Made by a program: the position numbers and the translations under genes. A stretch of DNA of 64,000 nt, taken from positions 70,308,001-70,372,000 of the forward strand of contig NC_042999.1 in the NCBI RefSeq assembly GCF_006345805.1, given 5' to 3'. The notes beneath the pieces were generated by a model. That model did not search any database, had not been told where the DNA came from, and saw only the letters and a program-made list of their open reading frames with translations. The stretch is from Octopus sinensis (Eukaryota). This document shows, piece by piece, positions 51,005-64,000 of this stretch. The first letter of the stretch is position 1. Every line of letters starts with the position of its first letter.

Positions 51005-51104
51005 TTTGCAATTGCAGAGAAGGAATGACTAAAAGACTTGGAGCCCAAATATAAAATTGTAGACACAAAAACATCAATTTTTAAGGGGTTGTGTGTAGGT
51101 TCAT
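51005..51104 (-). CDS. NCBP1: NCBP1 exon ([34 protein letters not shown])
   Basis: Acceptor tctcttttccag, donor gtaagt, 100 nt, phase 1-2. Contains NPLKI.VFV and [11 protein letters not shown]. Confidence 0.97.
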
Positions 51105-51866
51105 CTGGAAAAGAGAAGAAACTGATTAGGGATACAGCTTGAATTGCAGAAATAATGATAAACAAAAAAGAAATATAAAAAGACAACCATTGGTAAATTT
51201 ACACCTTGGAGTAAAAAAATTTACGTAGCTGGGATAAACACACTTGTTTGTTATTACATAATATACAAAGTTTTAAAAAATATTTTAAAATTACATACCA
51301 CCATTTTGCTGAGAGATCATGTACATAGTACATAACAAGAGGACACACACACATTATATGTATAATAAAAGCATGATAAATTATGATGCTTGCTATAAAT
51401 ATACTATTTCGTCTATATTTTTGCATAGGGGTCAGGGAATAGATGGCAATATGCATCACACCAATGATGCATATTGCCATAGAGGAAGGGGTAGGAATTA
51501 CTGCCACATAAAAAGCCCCCAGCACACTCTGTAAAGTGGTTGGTATTAGGAAGGGAATGTAGCCACAAGAACCAAGCCAAATCAGATTGGAACCTGGTGT
51601 AGCTCTCCTGCTTACCAGCTCTGGTCAAACTGTCCAACCCATGACGACGATGATGTGCTAAGTCAATGCATCAAAGTAAGATTTTACGTACAGGCAGAGA
51701 CATGGCTGTGTGGTCAAGACGTTTGCTTCCCAACCACATGGTATTGGGTTTAGTCCTAGTGCATTGCACACTAAGCAAGTGTCCTCTACTATAGCTCTAG
51801 TCAATCAAAGCCTTGCAAGTGGATTCAGTAGATAGAAACTGAAAGAAGACCATGTGTGCACGTTTG

Positions 51867-53021
51867 TGAGGGTTGAATAAAATAATGGAAACACCTTAAA
51901 ATTTCAAACAAATTTATTTTAATATTGGGTAGGACCACCTTTGGCACTAATCACAGCTTGAATTCTATGAGGTATGGACTCGTACAAAGTTTGAATTGTT
52001 TTCAAAGGAATTTTTGTCCATTCTTCTGCTAAAACAATCTCCAGTTCTTGTAGCGATGATGATGGAGGATATTGACACCTTACTTGTTTTTCTAAAATTC
52101 ACCATAAACGTTCAATAATAGTGAGATCTGTAGACTGTAGTGGCCAGAAAAGATGTTCAACTTCACTAGAATGTTCCTCATGCCATTCAGTAACAACTGA
52201 AAGATTGCGTTTCCCTCCTGAAACAGTTCCACAACCACAGGATGAATTTGATCAGATAAAATGCTTAAATAGTCTTGACTATTAATTCTGCCATGAAGGG
52301 AAACTATTGGGCCAGTGGATTTCCAAGATATAGCACCCACCAGATTATCACAGATCCTCCTCCATATTTAACAGTTGGAAGAATACAGTCTGGGTCAAAT
52401 GCTTCTGTTGACTGTCTCCACATGTATACTCGACTGTTGGTCGAAATAAAGTAAAGGATGACTTGTCCAAGAAAATAACAATCTTCCACTGCTCTAGGGA
52501 CCAATTCTGTAGGTTTTTACTCCACACTAAATGCTTTGTAACGTTTGTTTTTGTAAGTAGTGGTTTTCTGATTGCAGCCCTCTTGTGAAATCCGGCTTTG
52601 TACAGGAGGCGAACAATTTTTGTGGAAACTGAGTTCTCGAGGTGGTCATTAAGCTCTGTAGTAATTTTGGGGGTTGTACTTTTGTGATCCTTTCTAACAA
52701 TTCGTGTAAGAGTCCAATGGTCCCTATCTGAAAGTTTGGGTTTTCTTCCGGGGTTTTGTTTTGACAAGGAGGTTTTTCCCTCTTTCTCAAAGGCTGTCAT
52801 TACTTTCAAGACAGTACTTCTTGATACACCAAACATTTCAGAAGTACTGGTTTTCATTATGCTAGCGCCTACTATACGAGCACCAACAATTTGACCTCTT
52901 TGAAAGTCTGATAGATCTGATAATAAATTTTAAAAAAACATAAAAATGTCAAGCTTTTGACAGTTTATAGATATTTCAGAATTATGATGCTAGGTGTTTC
53001 CATAATTTTGTCCAACCCCTG
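51867..53021 (-). mobile_element. Degenerate Tc1-family DNA transposon (DD34E type) in an NCBP1 intron
   Basis: TIRs (c)aggggttggacaaaattatggaaacacct at both ends, TA at the right end. Broken transposase: GRKPKLS, AIRKPLL, VIF.D.SSF, PTVKYGGGSV, WP.QS.DL..IE.LW. The second-Asp segment (QDDNAP) is deleted. Confidence 0.9.
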
Positions 53022-53378
53022 TATGTATTTATGTACATGTATGCATGTGTGTGTGTGTATGTTAGAGTCTCCTTTGTATGATTTTTACCAGTTTTGTTTA
53101 TCAGTATCTTACATAAGTCTTGTTTGTCCAATACCAGCATCATTTCCTCCTGATGAAGGCAAAACATCTGTTCTCCAGACAACAACATGCTACTTATTCA
53201 CTAAACTACAGATACAACACATCCTGGTTGATTGGGTAACAATCCATTATTTTTATACTTCATATAAATTGCAATAAACAACTTAGTATATTGTACAAAT
53301 GAAAAACAAACAAACAAAACAATGAAAACACCAGCAATCTTAGAAAACTGCTGAAAAGTGTGGTAAATATAACCTTAC

Positions 53379-53498
53379 TTTCTTCATCCTGTAATGGATT
53401 GGGAAGATCTTTGAGAATTTCAAGAGCTTCGTCTGTTGTGCACTTGTTCTTAAGGGCCTCTTTTAGTTGATGAGCAACAACTGTACCAGGTAAAGATC
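53379..53498 (-). CDS. NCBP1: NCBP1 exon (GSLPGTVVAHQLKEALKNKCTTDEALEILKDLPNPLQDEE)
   Basis: Acceptor tttcttttcaag, donor gtaagg, 120 nt, phase 1-1. SLPG...K.K.T.DE...LKD.PNP matches CBP80. Confidence 0.95.
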
Positions 53499-54091
53499 CT
53501 TGAAAAGAAAACATTTTGAAGAAATAATGATATTTGCAAGATTTGGGAAAATATTTTTTAAAAACAGAATTGAATGTGTTGTGAAGAGAAATTGTCTGAA
53601 AGGAGTTGTTCTCTGTAGGCAAAATACAACAACAATTTGCACATTCACGTTTGAATTTACTGGAGCACCTAGAAAAGTTCTCCTCCAAGGCACAAATCCA
53701 GGCAAGGTTATTTATGGAAGACCAGTAGCCGCCCATGCATACCAGCCTCCCCTTTCCATGCCACCAATATTATTCACGGGAAAGGCAAAGGCCGATACAG
53801 CTTGGCACCAGTGACATTGCAACTCATTTCTACAGCTGAGTGGACTGGAGCAGTGTGAAATAAAGCATCTTGCTCAAGAACACAACAGACACATTATTTC
53901 TTCAAAAGGTCTGGAAATCAAATTCACTATCTCATGATTGTTACAAATAAATGTCATTGTTTTGACTTTTGTTGTTCTCTTTGAATGTGACCACTGATAA
54001 TTGGTTTGGTGGACATCAGCAAATAATTTGTTAGCCGATTTTTATAAACAAAAGCCACAAGTCTTGTTCAGATTCATTGATCCAAGGGTAA

Positions 54092-54140
54092 CTTTGACTG
54101 AAGAGACACAACTAGGTCGAAACATTGCTGTCTCTCAAAG
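54092..54140 (+). ncRNA. Minimal type I hammerhead ribozyme motif with intact core
   Basis: CTTTGA-CTGAAGA-GAC(acaactag)GTC-GAA-ACA(ttgc)TGT-C-TCTCAAAG: canonical CUGANGA/GAAA core, GUC cleavage triplet, three helices. Confidence 0.65.
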
Positions 54141-54583
54141 TCCCCTTACCTCAATGAATTGAATATGTTGAGAGCACACAATGTGTGACAGTAGTTGTTG
54201 TTCTCTGAAGATGAAATACAACAGTGATCAGTATATTCATATTCAAACTTACCAAAACCCATAAAGAATAGATATATACATCATTATTCTATCAAGGTTA
54301 TATAAACCTACTAGCAATGATAAAAAGATAGCCTATTGATGCCATTCAAATTACATTACTTGCGACAAGGATTTCTAACCTGGCACAAAGCCATAAAATT
54401 TTTTGTCATTTAATCAATTAAATTTGGCCTGGTGCCTATTTTAGAAGTGTTGGAAAGATAAGAAAATGGACCCTAGCAAGGACTTTAATTTATAATGTAA
54501 AGGGATGTAATAAAGCATCTAGCTTTATGCTCTACAAGTTCTATAAACTACTAAATAATAATATAAAATGTAAATTAACTTAC

Positions 54584-54687
54584 CAGACCCTTCTCGTTCA
54601 TATTTATAATTAACAGAAGGCTTCATTGGAATTAGTGCTGTAAATTCGCTGGGCATAAAATCCTGGATCCTCTGATGATAAGACAAA
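54584..54687 (-). CDS. NCBP1: NCBP1 exon (LSYHQRIQDFMPSEFTALIPMKPSVNYKYEREGS)
   Basis: Acceptor ttttgtcttcag, donor G|gtaagt, 104 nt, phase 2-1. Contains the LSYHQRI motif. Confidence 0.97.
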
Positions 54688-55299
54688 CTGAAGACAAAAT
54701 AAAAAATAAATAAAAGATATTATCTCTTAATGAGCCATTATCATTTAACATCCATTTTCTATGCTGGCATGGTTGGACTCTCTGACAGGAGCTGACAAAC
54801 CAGAGGACGCAAAGCTCTATTGTCTGCTTCAGCATGGTTCCTGCAGCTAAATACTCTTCCTAAAGCCAACCATTTCACAGTGTATATTGAGTGATTCTTA
54901 TGTGGTCCCAGCACCAGCAAGGTTACCAAGTAACTTGCAAGATAAAGACTCTTCAACTGAGAGCAGTATTGAGGGAGGTGGCTTTGTGCCAAGTGATGAG
55001 AGCTTAACGTATGATAGGGGGACAGAAACGGGTGTCTTACTATAGAGGAGATACATGCATGATTACACCAGTTGAGAGAGAGAAAGAGAATACTGCAGTA
55101 AATTTTGCTTATTATGATGTATTTACATTAAGTATGATACACAGAAAGCGGTTCTAATCTAATACTGCTTCTGTTGCATGTAATGGGTTTTTATTCAGTT
55201 GAGCAGCTGTTAGAAACATCAGTTATGACAGATTTTGTCTTGACAGGGGGTCGGATGTGAATACATGCTGCTGACAATGTCCAACAAGGCAGAAATGTG

Positions 55300-56069
55300 C
55301 ACCTGGCATTCTCACCAGCTGCTGCTAGGATGACTTTCATCTGTTTCTGATATATATTATGTTTCTATACACAGCACATCCATAAGAAATATCCCCAGAC
55401 AAATATCTCAGTAAATTTACTTTTTACAACATATTTACATTGAACTACACTACCTGTGACCCACTGGATCACTGATGGTTCAGGTTATAAAACATTGAGA
55501 TCAGGAATCGGATGCTCGGAGAGCTGAGCATCTGGCGAAATGGAGGGATCACGTTGTTGGACTGTCCTTGCTCTATTCTGGTTTGTTGCCAAAGACGTTC
55601 AGCTCTCCTAGCATCCAATTCATGATCTCTCCTGCTTCTGTCACTTCCCCTCTGTTCCACCAGACGCTCATCACTCCGAGCATCCGATTCATGATCTCTC
55701 CTGCTTCTGTCTCTTTCCCTCTGTTCCACCAGACATTATGAAGGTACCAAACAAAACCATGTATCTCAGGAACCCATGTCCAATTTACGCCGAACTCATT
55801 TTATTCCATTTGTATTCTCATTTCAGCGTTATGTTACTTTCAGAGTATTTTCCTACTATGCACTGTTTTGGCTATTTATGAAGGTTCCCCCAAAATCGGC
55901 GTATCTCAGGAATTCATGGTCCAATTTACATGAAACTTATTTTATTCCGATTGTATTCACATTTCAAGGGTACCTTACTTTCAGAGTATTTTGCCATTAT
56001 GCACCTGTTTGGTTGTATTAAATTACAGACATGCAAGCAAGCAATCACAGAGTTTTGGTCGTAAATAGA
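55300..56069 (-). mobile_element. Helitron relic (5' end, subterminal repeats, start of Rep ORF)
   Basis: A|TC 5' terminus at 56069, then (TTGC)n/CTGT, two ~140-bp repeats, 69-nt in-frame repeats (EQR..DRSRRDHE.DAR..ERL) and a downstream C...WMCC remnant. Confidence 0.55.
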
Positions 56070-56299
56070 TATAACACATGGATGGCTATTATAAAAAAGA
56101 AAAACAATTAAATAGTACTGCATCATGACCACAAGAACCAGCAAAAAAGGCTTTTAATATTTGTCACAGGATAGCAGTAATGGTGGAGAGTGATTGAGAA
56201 AACATTCCATTCAGCCTCCGGATGGTTATATACAATAGGAATGATGAACTGAGAAGAAATGAGTCCATTATTTATAATGCAGTCTTTTTACACTTCTTT

Positions 56300-56830
56300 C
56301 ATTTTTTAAATTAAGATAAACAAATTTCTTTTTAAATCTAAAATATACTCTCCTTCATTATCTATAATGTTCTGTCTGTGTCAAAAAATACTCTTCCAGT
56401 ACTGTTCTGACCACGTCTACAGAATTCATATTTTTTCTGTCCAAATGATTTTGAAGACTGCGGAATAAATGACGGGGCAATGACTGGTGAATATGGTAGG
56501 TGGGGCATCATTTCCTTTGGAATGTCATCCTCACTGTATGTGGCTGAGCATTATCCTGATGGAAGAACACCTTTAGTCTTGAAACTAAAGATGGTTGGAT
56601 GGTCGTTTTCTGATGACACAAAGGTGTCGATGAATGGTTGAATGACCAAATCCAAGCTTCTCTCCTAGTTCTTCAACAGTTACAATGGGATTTTGTTCCA
56701 CCAGGGTTTCCAGGACATCCTTGTCGAGCTCTCCAGGTCTTCCAGGATGAGGCTCGTCTCCTAGGCTGTAGTTTCTCGCTTGGAATTTCTGGAATCACTG
56801 TTAACACTGGCTTACGCTTATTGTCCAATC
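56300..56830 (-). mobile_element. Degenerate mariner (DD34D-type) transposase remnant
   Basis: Minus-strand fragments VFFHQDNAQPH, PHLPYSPVIAP (PHPPYSPDLAP) and IIDNEGEYILD. Limits approximate. Confidence 0.8.
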
Positions 56831-58251
56831 TCCATATACAGTATTAATATTCCTTGCACTTTCCATTGCCTTTATTGAACTCCTAAAGCAAAATATGCCA
56901 AATATGCTCTTTTGTCACTTCCATTATAGCTTTGAAAAAATAATGGTTAAAATCGAACTGCACTCTCCAAAACTTGCACTAAGAATAAGGACAAGGTAAA
57001 ATAACTACCTGCTTTTATAGCAAGTTGATGCAGTTAGTTTAACCCGTCCCTTTCCGACTTTTAGTTCATGTAATTACAAAAACTGCATTATTTATGGGAT
57101 GACCCAATAGAATGAAGTACAGGTAGCATGTGGGTCATTAGTTAAGAAGAGAAGAAGCTGGTTGCAGTAGCATCATTATCATCATTTAACGTCCACTTTC
57201 CATGCTGGCATGGGTGGGACAAACATGGAGAACAATGTGACCGACAGGCAGGCGCTGTAGTATGCTGTATTGTGATTTTTGTCAATCGGTTGCGTGTGGT
57301 TTAGAATGTTTGTGTGTGTGCAGTCATCATCATCTCCGTTGTTTTAATGCCTACATTTCCATGCCCGCATGTGGGATGGAAAATGTTGTGGTGGATTTTC
57401 TACAGCTGGATGTCATTCTTGTCACCAACCCTTGTTTATATCTATGATGTGAAATCAAAGCAAAGAGGCTGTAATACATGCACACAGACACACATATGTA
57501 TGTGTGCATGTATATATATCATCATTTAGCATCCACTTTCAATGCTGACACGGGTTAGACAATTTGACTGGAACTGGTAAACTGGAGAGCTGCACCACTG
57601 GTTTGACTTGGTTTCTAAGGCTGGATGTCCTTCCTAACGCCAACCACTTCACAAAATATATCGGATGCCTCCTAAATGACACCAGCACAGGTGCCTTTTA
57701 CACGTCACCATGACTACGATTCCACTTAGCTTGACATGTCTTCTCAAGCACAGCAACTTGCCAAAAGTCTCAGTCACTTGTCATCATCTCAAGACTTCTG
57801 GCGATGGGCTTCCTTCAGTTTCCATCAAGGCAGCTACACCTGGGGATAATTACTATTCATTGTCAAAGATCAAGATAGACGGAGACCTTTTGTTGGCACC
57901 TTATGCTCCACAACAAAGAAGAGGAAGAAGAGACGTAAAGAAGTTTTTCTTTTCATTTTTCTTTTAATACTCAACCTCATTGATGCTTTAGCATTCAGAT
58001 TATTCTGTTTAATGTAATGCTTCTTTATTTGCACTGTTTTGAATTACCTAGGCATTATCTCATAGCTCTGAGATTTCAATGATGTGCTTGTTTATTTTTA
58101 GAATGACATTGTAAGGTAGGTGTGAGGCTGAACACGGCCAGTCTCAACATAAAACTGGCAAAATATTTGGGCTGATTTTAAAACTAAAAGGGTTAAAGGT
58201 TTGATCAAGAAACTATTTTGGCTCAGAATTAAGAGAGTTATTGATACTCAC

Positions 58252-58389
58252 CGAAGACATCTCAATAAAGTCTCTTGGATGAATTTAGGTTTGGGCATAT
58301 CAATATCTTGTGATGCACAGGAGACCCAGTCATCCCAGCTCCAACAGAACTGGAAATTACTCAAATGATAGGCAAACCATTTTGAAACC
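58252..58389 (-). CDS. NCBP1: NCBP1 exon ([47 protein letters not shown])
   Basis: Acceptor ttctttgtag, donor CG|gtgagt, 138 nt, phase 2-2. Contains WF..HLSNFQF.WSW.DW and PKPKF of CBP80. Confidence 0.97.
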
Positions 58390-58849
58390 CTACAAAGAAT
58401 TTTCAATGGATAAGGTTAAAGAGAAGGCAAAAATCAGACTGGCAGACTAGCTTATGGGTTTAAAGTGGTGAATTATTGATCAACAAGACTAGTAGCTTAA
58501 ATTTTACATCAACTGCGTTGCACCACTAGACAACATACATTTTTACAGAGACACACACACAAATATATATTTAAAGATACTGTGGAACACAAATGAAATA
58601 AGATGCAAGATTGCATAATGTTTCTACAACTATTATGTAATTATTACAGCATTTTAATGAAACATGCATATGTTTCATAAAGCATTGAACACCATACCTG
58701 TTTTCTGCATGTTATTTTATATATGCATGTGCGTAAAGAGAGCTACAACTTTGCTTACTAAACACTGTTTAGCCTTACTGTGAAAAGGGAGCCCAAAATG
58801 AAACTACAGGGCTCTTAAGAGTAGATCAACTAGTTATATATAAATATAT

Positions 58850-58885
<36 letters not shown>

Positions 58886-58889
58886 TATA

Positions 58890-59104
58890 AGCTGGTGTTG
58901 AAAATTTCCTGACTTTGGATAAAAGAAAATACAGGAGGATCAATTAATTATGACTTTATTTAACATATTACCCTCTCAGATTCACACACTTATTGCAGTG
59001 GTCCTTCAGTTTTTCTAAGCCCTGTAAAAGAACATGGAAAGTTGGACCTCCAACCAGGCCTTTTGTGATACTCTTAAAGCCAAGAACTTTTCAGCACCTC
59101 CTTG
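58890..59104 (-). mobile_element. Mariner-derived MITE
   Basis: Imperfect TIRs (gctggtgttgaaaatttcct / aacttttcagcacctccttg-TA), same family as 21005. Confidence 0.65.
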
Positions 59105-61000
59105 TACATACATACACACATATATGTACATACAACACACATACACATATGTACATACAACATATATATATATACACACATACACACAACAGATATATAT
59201 TTTCAAAAACAACCATCAATATTTTCTCTAATCAAGTGACAGAAACAACTCCATAGAAACTCAATCTGTCTAAATCAGCAGTGAAATGTCCCTCATGAAA
59301 ATTCCAAATATTCTTTATAATGAAGACCAAGTTTCAACATAAGAGTTTTATATTAACCCAAAATTCAGTAATGTAAATCAAATGCCACGTCTATATGGTA
59401 TGTAATCCCAGTGTAGCTATATCTGTATGGTAGCTCTGCCTATGATAGTAACATCTACCCAGGATAGCTGACCCTGCTTGATATACCAGCCCCTCTTCTC
59501 TGATCTAGTTAGAAGTACTTAAAACCAACAAAGGAGGACTTTATGAGACCAACTTCAATTATTGCTTGTTTCTTTTACTTCTTTTCACTTTTATTGCTTT
59601 TACTTGTTTCAGACAATTGACTGTGGCTATGCAGGGGCTTTGCTTTCAAGGGTTTTAGTTGGACATATCGACCTCAACACTTATTTTTAAGACTACTAAT
59701 CTTATTGGTCTCTCTTTTGCTAAATTGCTAAGTTACAGGGATGTAAACGAACTGACACAGGTTCCCAAGCAGTGGCGAGGAACAAACACAAACACACAAC
59801 AGGCTTCTTTCAGTTTCCATCTAACAAATCCAATCACAATGCTTTGGGTGGTCAAGAGCTATAGAGGAATACACTTGCCTAAGGTGCCATGCATTGGATT
59901 GAACCCAAGACCACAAAGCAGAATCCATGAACCTTTACAGGACCTCTGAGACAGGTGAGAATGAAGGTATCCTCAAACTGGAGGCCTGGTTCAAATGCTT
60001 GTTTTAGAATGGCTAAAGGCACCACCCAAAGTTAGACAAATCCATATTATTGAAGCATTGTTTTTGTAGCTGGATGTTCATTCAGTCACTAACCCTTTTC
60101 TGTTTATCAAGTAAGGAAATTTTCATTCTACTTGTCTTTAAAAGTGCAGAACTACTGGATGACTTGTCGACATAGAATGACATTATTGTCCATAGCTTAG
60201 CGATATTTTGGAGAAACACAGGCATGGTTGTGTGGTAAGAAGCTTGTTTCCTAACCACATGGTTCCAGGCTCTCCCTTGGGCAGGTGTCTTCTACTACAA
60301 CTTCAGGCTGACTAAAGCCTTGTGAGTGGATTTGATAGACTGAAACTAAAAGAAGCCTGTCATATATATCATCATTGTCACTGTTTAACATCCATCTTCC
60401 ATGATGGCATGGGTTGGATGGTTTGACTTCAGCCAGCTACGTAGGAGCCTGCACCAGGCTTCTTTGTCTGTTTTGGCAGCGTTTTTATGGCTGGATGCCC
60501 TTCCTAACACCAACTACCCAGCAGAGTGTATATATTTATGTGTGTGTGTTTGTCTCCCCACCATTGCTTGATAACCAATGCTGGTGTGCTTAAGTACCCA
60601 TAACTTAGTGGTTTGGCAAAAGACCCCAATAGAATAAGTACTTGGCTTACAAAGAATAAATCCCCGGGTTGATTTCTTCAACTAAAACCCTTTAAGGCAG
60701 TGCTTCCACATGGCCACAGTCAAATGACTGAAAAGAATAAAAGAATTCACACAAACATATCTATACAACAGGCTTTGTACAGTTTCTGTCTACCAAATTC
60801 ACCATCAAAACACTGGTTGGCCTGGGCAGGGCCATAACTGCAGATACTTGCCCAAAGTGCAATTCAATGGGACTCAACCTTAAACTACATGGCTGTGAAG
60901 TAAACGTTTTCAACCACACAGCCATGCTTGTCCCTATACATCCCTGCAAATTAAATCTTCAACTGCAACTTATTTCCAGATATGTCAAAACATGTATTAC

Positions 61001-61065
61001 CTTACAATAGAGGAGGTTTTCATAGACTCTATTCTGTCAAAAACCATCTCTGTTGCTTGAGCCAA
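61001..61065 (-). CDS. NCBP1: NCBP1/CBP80 coding exon (LAQATEMVFDRIESMKTSSIV), most 5' exon in window
   Basis: Acceptor ctcttgtacag, donor AG|gtaata, 65 nt, phase 0-2. LAQATEM matches CBP80. Confidence 0.93.
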
Positions 61066-62774
61066 CTGTACAAGAGTTAAGGCAAACAATGACAACATAT
61101 ATTTCAGATAGTATTGTATCAAGATATATAAAGCAAGATATAAGAGCATGAAGATGAAGACAATAACAAAGATGGTTTTAATGAGCTACAATTTGTGATA
61201 TTAGTCAAGAGAATATGGCAGTGAGCTGGCAGAATCGTTAGCACGCCGGGCAAAATACTTAGTGGCATTTTGACTGTCTTTACATTCTGAGTTCAAATTC
61301 CACTGAGGTCAACTTTACCATTCATCCTTTCGGATGTATCAGTTGAACACTGGGGAGGGGGTGTGTGTGTCAATGTAACTGACTTACCTCCTCCACCACA
61401 CTCATTAGTTTTGAGCCAAAATTTGAAACTGATATTAGCCAATAGAGTACAACTCCTAAGAACACTTGACTGCTCTTAAAAAACATTTGATCCTTTACCT
61501 GTCACCTTTTAATTACAATGGCTATGAAAGGTGGTGATATCAGAGTACCCAGAGACCAAAAAGAGGCCACAAATTAAACTGGCTGTATATGTAGGGTATG
61601 CAAATTTTGATTACCTAAAGTACAAAAAGCAAACATATGTAGGTAGCATAAAACTGTGCTCCCAACTTTTTTTTGCAGTACAGATTGGTTTTGTGCAAGT
61701 CAATTTTTATATGGACCAAGGGATCACATGCATAACAAAAAAAAAAAAAAAGTGCATGATATATTAATTAATTATAACTTATATAATCCTTTCTTACTTT
61801 GACATAAGGCCAACAATTTTGAGGAGTGGGGGAAGTCAATGCTCAAATGGTATTCATTTTATCAGTCTCAAAAATATGAAAGGCTAAGTTGACCATGTCA
61901 GAATTTGAACTCAAAATGTAAAGACATGAAATACTGCTGAGCACTTCTACAAGCTCACCACCATGATTATTATATAATGCAAAAACACCCTGTAGACTGT
62001 GACAATAAAATAGAAATGATACCGTGACCGACCAGGCTATCAGATGTTGCTACACATCGTTGGTCACAATGCACTTCGCATTGTTTTAGCCTTCAAATGA
62101 TGCCACTCCGCTGGCTGAGCGAGCAGGCCAACCGAAGAAAGAGTGAGAGAAAGTTGTGGTGAAAGAGTACAGCAGGGATCGCCACCACCCCCTGCTGGAG
62201 CCTTATGGAGCTGTTTTTTGTTTTTGTTTTTAGGTGTTTTCGCTCAAGAAACACTCACAACGCCTGGTCTGGGAATCAAAACCGCGATCCTACGACTGCA
62301 AATCCGCTGCCCTAACCATTGGGCCTCCATAAAATTCTAAATTTTTTTCTTTTTTGTGTGGCCGGTTACTGGTTCACAGTCTGGATTGGTTGGGATCCCC
62401 TGGTGTAAAGCACAGAACTGTACAGTCCAATACGGATGGCATTTTTCAATTTTCATACTAAAAACTGTTATCCAGAACTGAAGTTTGCAAGTGTTTGATT
62501 GTTCTGAATAGTATCAGTTACACGACCATGAAGGAAGATTTAGCATTATTCCCCATGTTGATAGACAAAGAAGTAACACAAGATTAGCTAGAACAATCAA
62601 GTGCAAAAATAGGATGGTTGTGGTTACTTTGATTCCTACTAAGACAACATTACTTATCACAGAGGTTGCTTGGGACTCTCAGCTTTATTTGATTGCAAGA
62701 CAATAATGTCTTTCAAGAATGCATCAAAATCTTGTTGTTTAGATCTACGATATATATATATATATATATATATC

Positions 62775-63390
62775 CTGATCCCTTATCTGTTGGTCAATGC
62801 AGAAACTAGGGATAGATGGGTGGTTGGTGAGAGCTGTACAAGCCATGTACAGGAACACTGTCAGTAAGGTGAGGGTTGGCAACAAGTATAGCGAAGAATT
62901 CCAGGTAGGGGACCGCCAAGGATCAGTCCTCAGCCCCCTCTTATTCATCATAGTCCTCCAGGCAATAAAAGAGGAATTCAAGACAAGATGTCCCTGGGAG
63001 CTCCTCTATGTTGATGATCTTGGTCTTACAGCTGAGTCACTATCAGAACTAGAAGTTTCAGGTGTGGAAGTAACGTCTAGAATCAAAGAACCTTAAAGTC
63101 AATCTAGCAAAAGCCAAAGTCTTAGTAAGTAGGAAGGTAGACAAATCCCTTCAGGTAGATGGCCCTGCTTGATCTGTAGAAAAGGTGTAGGTAGAAACTC
63201 CGTAAGATGCACTCAGTGTAAGCTATGGACACATAAGAGGTGCAGCAATATCAAAGGAAGGCTAACTAGGAAGATAGTATGTGTGCGAACAGTCATGCTA
63301 CACAGTAGTGAAACGTGCTGTGACTGCAGAGGATATGCGTAGGCTTGAAAGAAATGAAGCTAGTATGCTCCGCTGGATGTGTAATGTCAC
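62775..63390 (+). mobile_element. RTE-clade LINE reverse-transcriptase fragment
   Basis: QGSVLSPLLFIIVL...CPWELLYVDDL (YADD motif), then a Cys-rich WPC.IC...C..CKLWTHKRC segment. Frameshifted. Confidence 0.85.
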
Positions 63391-64000
63391 AGAGGCAATG
63401 ACAAGCCAAGTGAGATCATAGATATGGCCAATGCCAGTGTTATATAACCAGCCCATTTAAAAGTACCTTTCAATCAGGCAATATGCTTTGCTTGAGAAGG
63501 CCTGTTGAGCCAAGTGGTGGCTGATGCCAGTGCTGCTGACTGGCACCCATGCCGGTGGCACATAAGAAGCACCACTTGAGCATGTAAAAAGCACCATTTG
63601 AGTGTGGTCAATACCAGAGCCACCTGACTGATTCCCGTGCCATTGGCACATAAAAAGCACCATTCAATCATGATTGATGCCAATGCAGCCTGACTGGCCC
63701 TTGTGCCAGGGGCACGTAAAAAGCAAGCACCCACTACACTCTTGGAGTGGTTGGCATTAGGAAGGGCATCCAACTTTAGAAACCTTGCCAGATCAGATTG
63801 AACCCTAGTGCAGCTTCCTGGCTTGCCAGTCCTCAAACTGTCCAACCCATGCCAGCATGGAAAGTGGACATTAAACAATGATAGATTTCCGAAAGTATTA
63901 TTCAAAACTAGCGCAATATACAGGCATGAGGACAAAGACAAAAAGAAAGATGCATATATAATATGATCTAAAGTGCACTTGTTGCAACCATGTCCCCACC

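Noticed and set aside
53140-53190. CTGATGAAGG hammerhead-like start
   Set aside because: No GAAA or helix III follows; too decayed.
62480-62510. Minus-strand TCKLQ resembling NCBP1 LCKLQP
   Set aside because: No flanking CBP80 residues or splice sites; the preceding exon lies beyond 64000.

Overview
AT-rich, repeat-dense metazoan genomic DNA. The SINE and MITE families and microsatellites suggest an octopod cephalopod (inference, not a database result). Two intron-rich housekeeping genes lie in tandem on the minus strand. (1) The 3' half of NCBP1/CBP80: 11 coding exons from 61065 down to the stop at 38647, 1191 nt with all splice phases compatible; its 5' exons lie beyond the window. (2) TPK1 (thiamin pyrophosphokinase): ATG at 28259 and 6 coding exons down to 2979; the last coding exon was not found and is probably left of base 1. 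Introns and the intergenic region hold at least four tRNA-derived SINE families, RTE and R4/Dong LINE remnants, Penelope-like terminal repeats, dead Tc1/mariner copies, a Helitron relic, and hAT-, piggyBac- and pogo-type MITEs. Most ORFs in the supplied track are microsatellite or SINE artefacts. The most interesting signals are RNA-structural: an 833-bp near-perfect foldback palindrome with template-switch scars in TPK1 intron 1, four minimal hammerhead-ribozyme motifs (one with an intact core) plus one hammerhead-like fold with a non-canonical core, an inverted MITE pair downstream of a promoter-like cassette, an orphan exon and a candidate 7-nt poison microexon. I found no convincing new protein-coding system.
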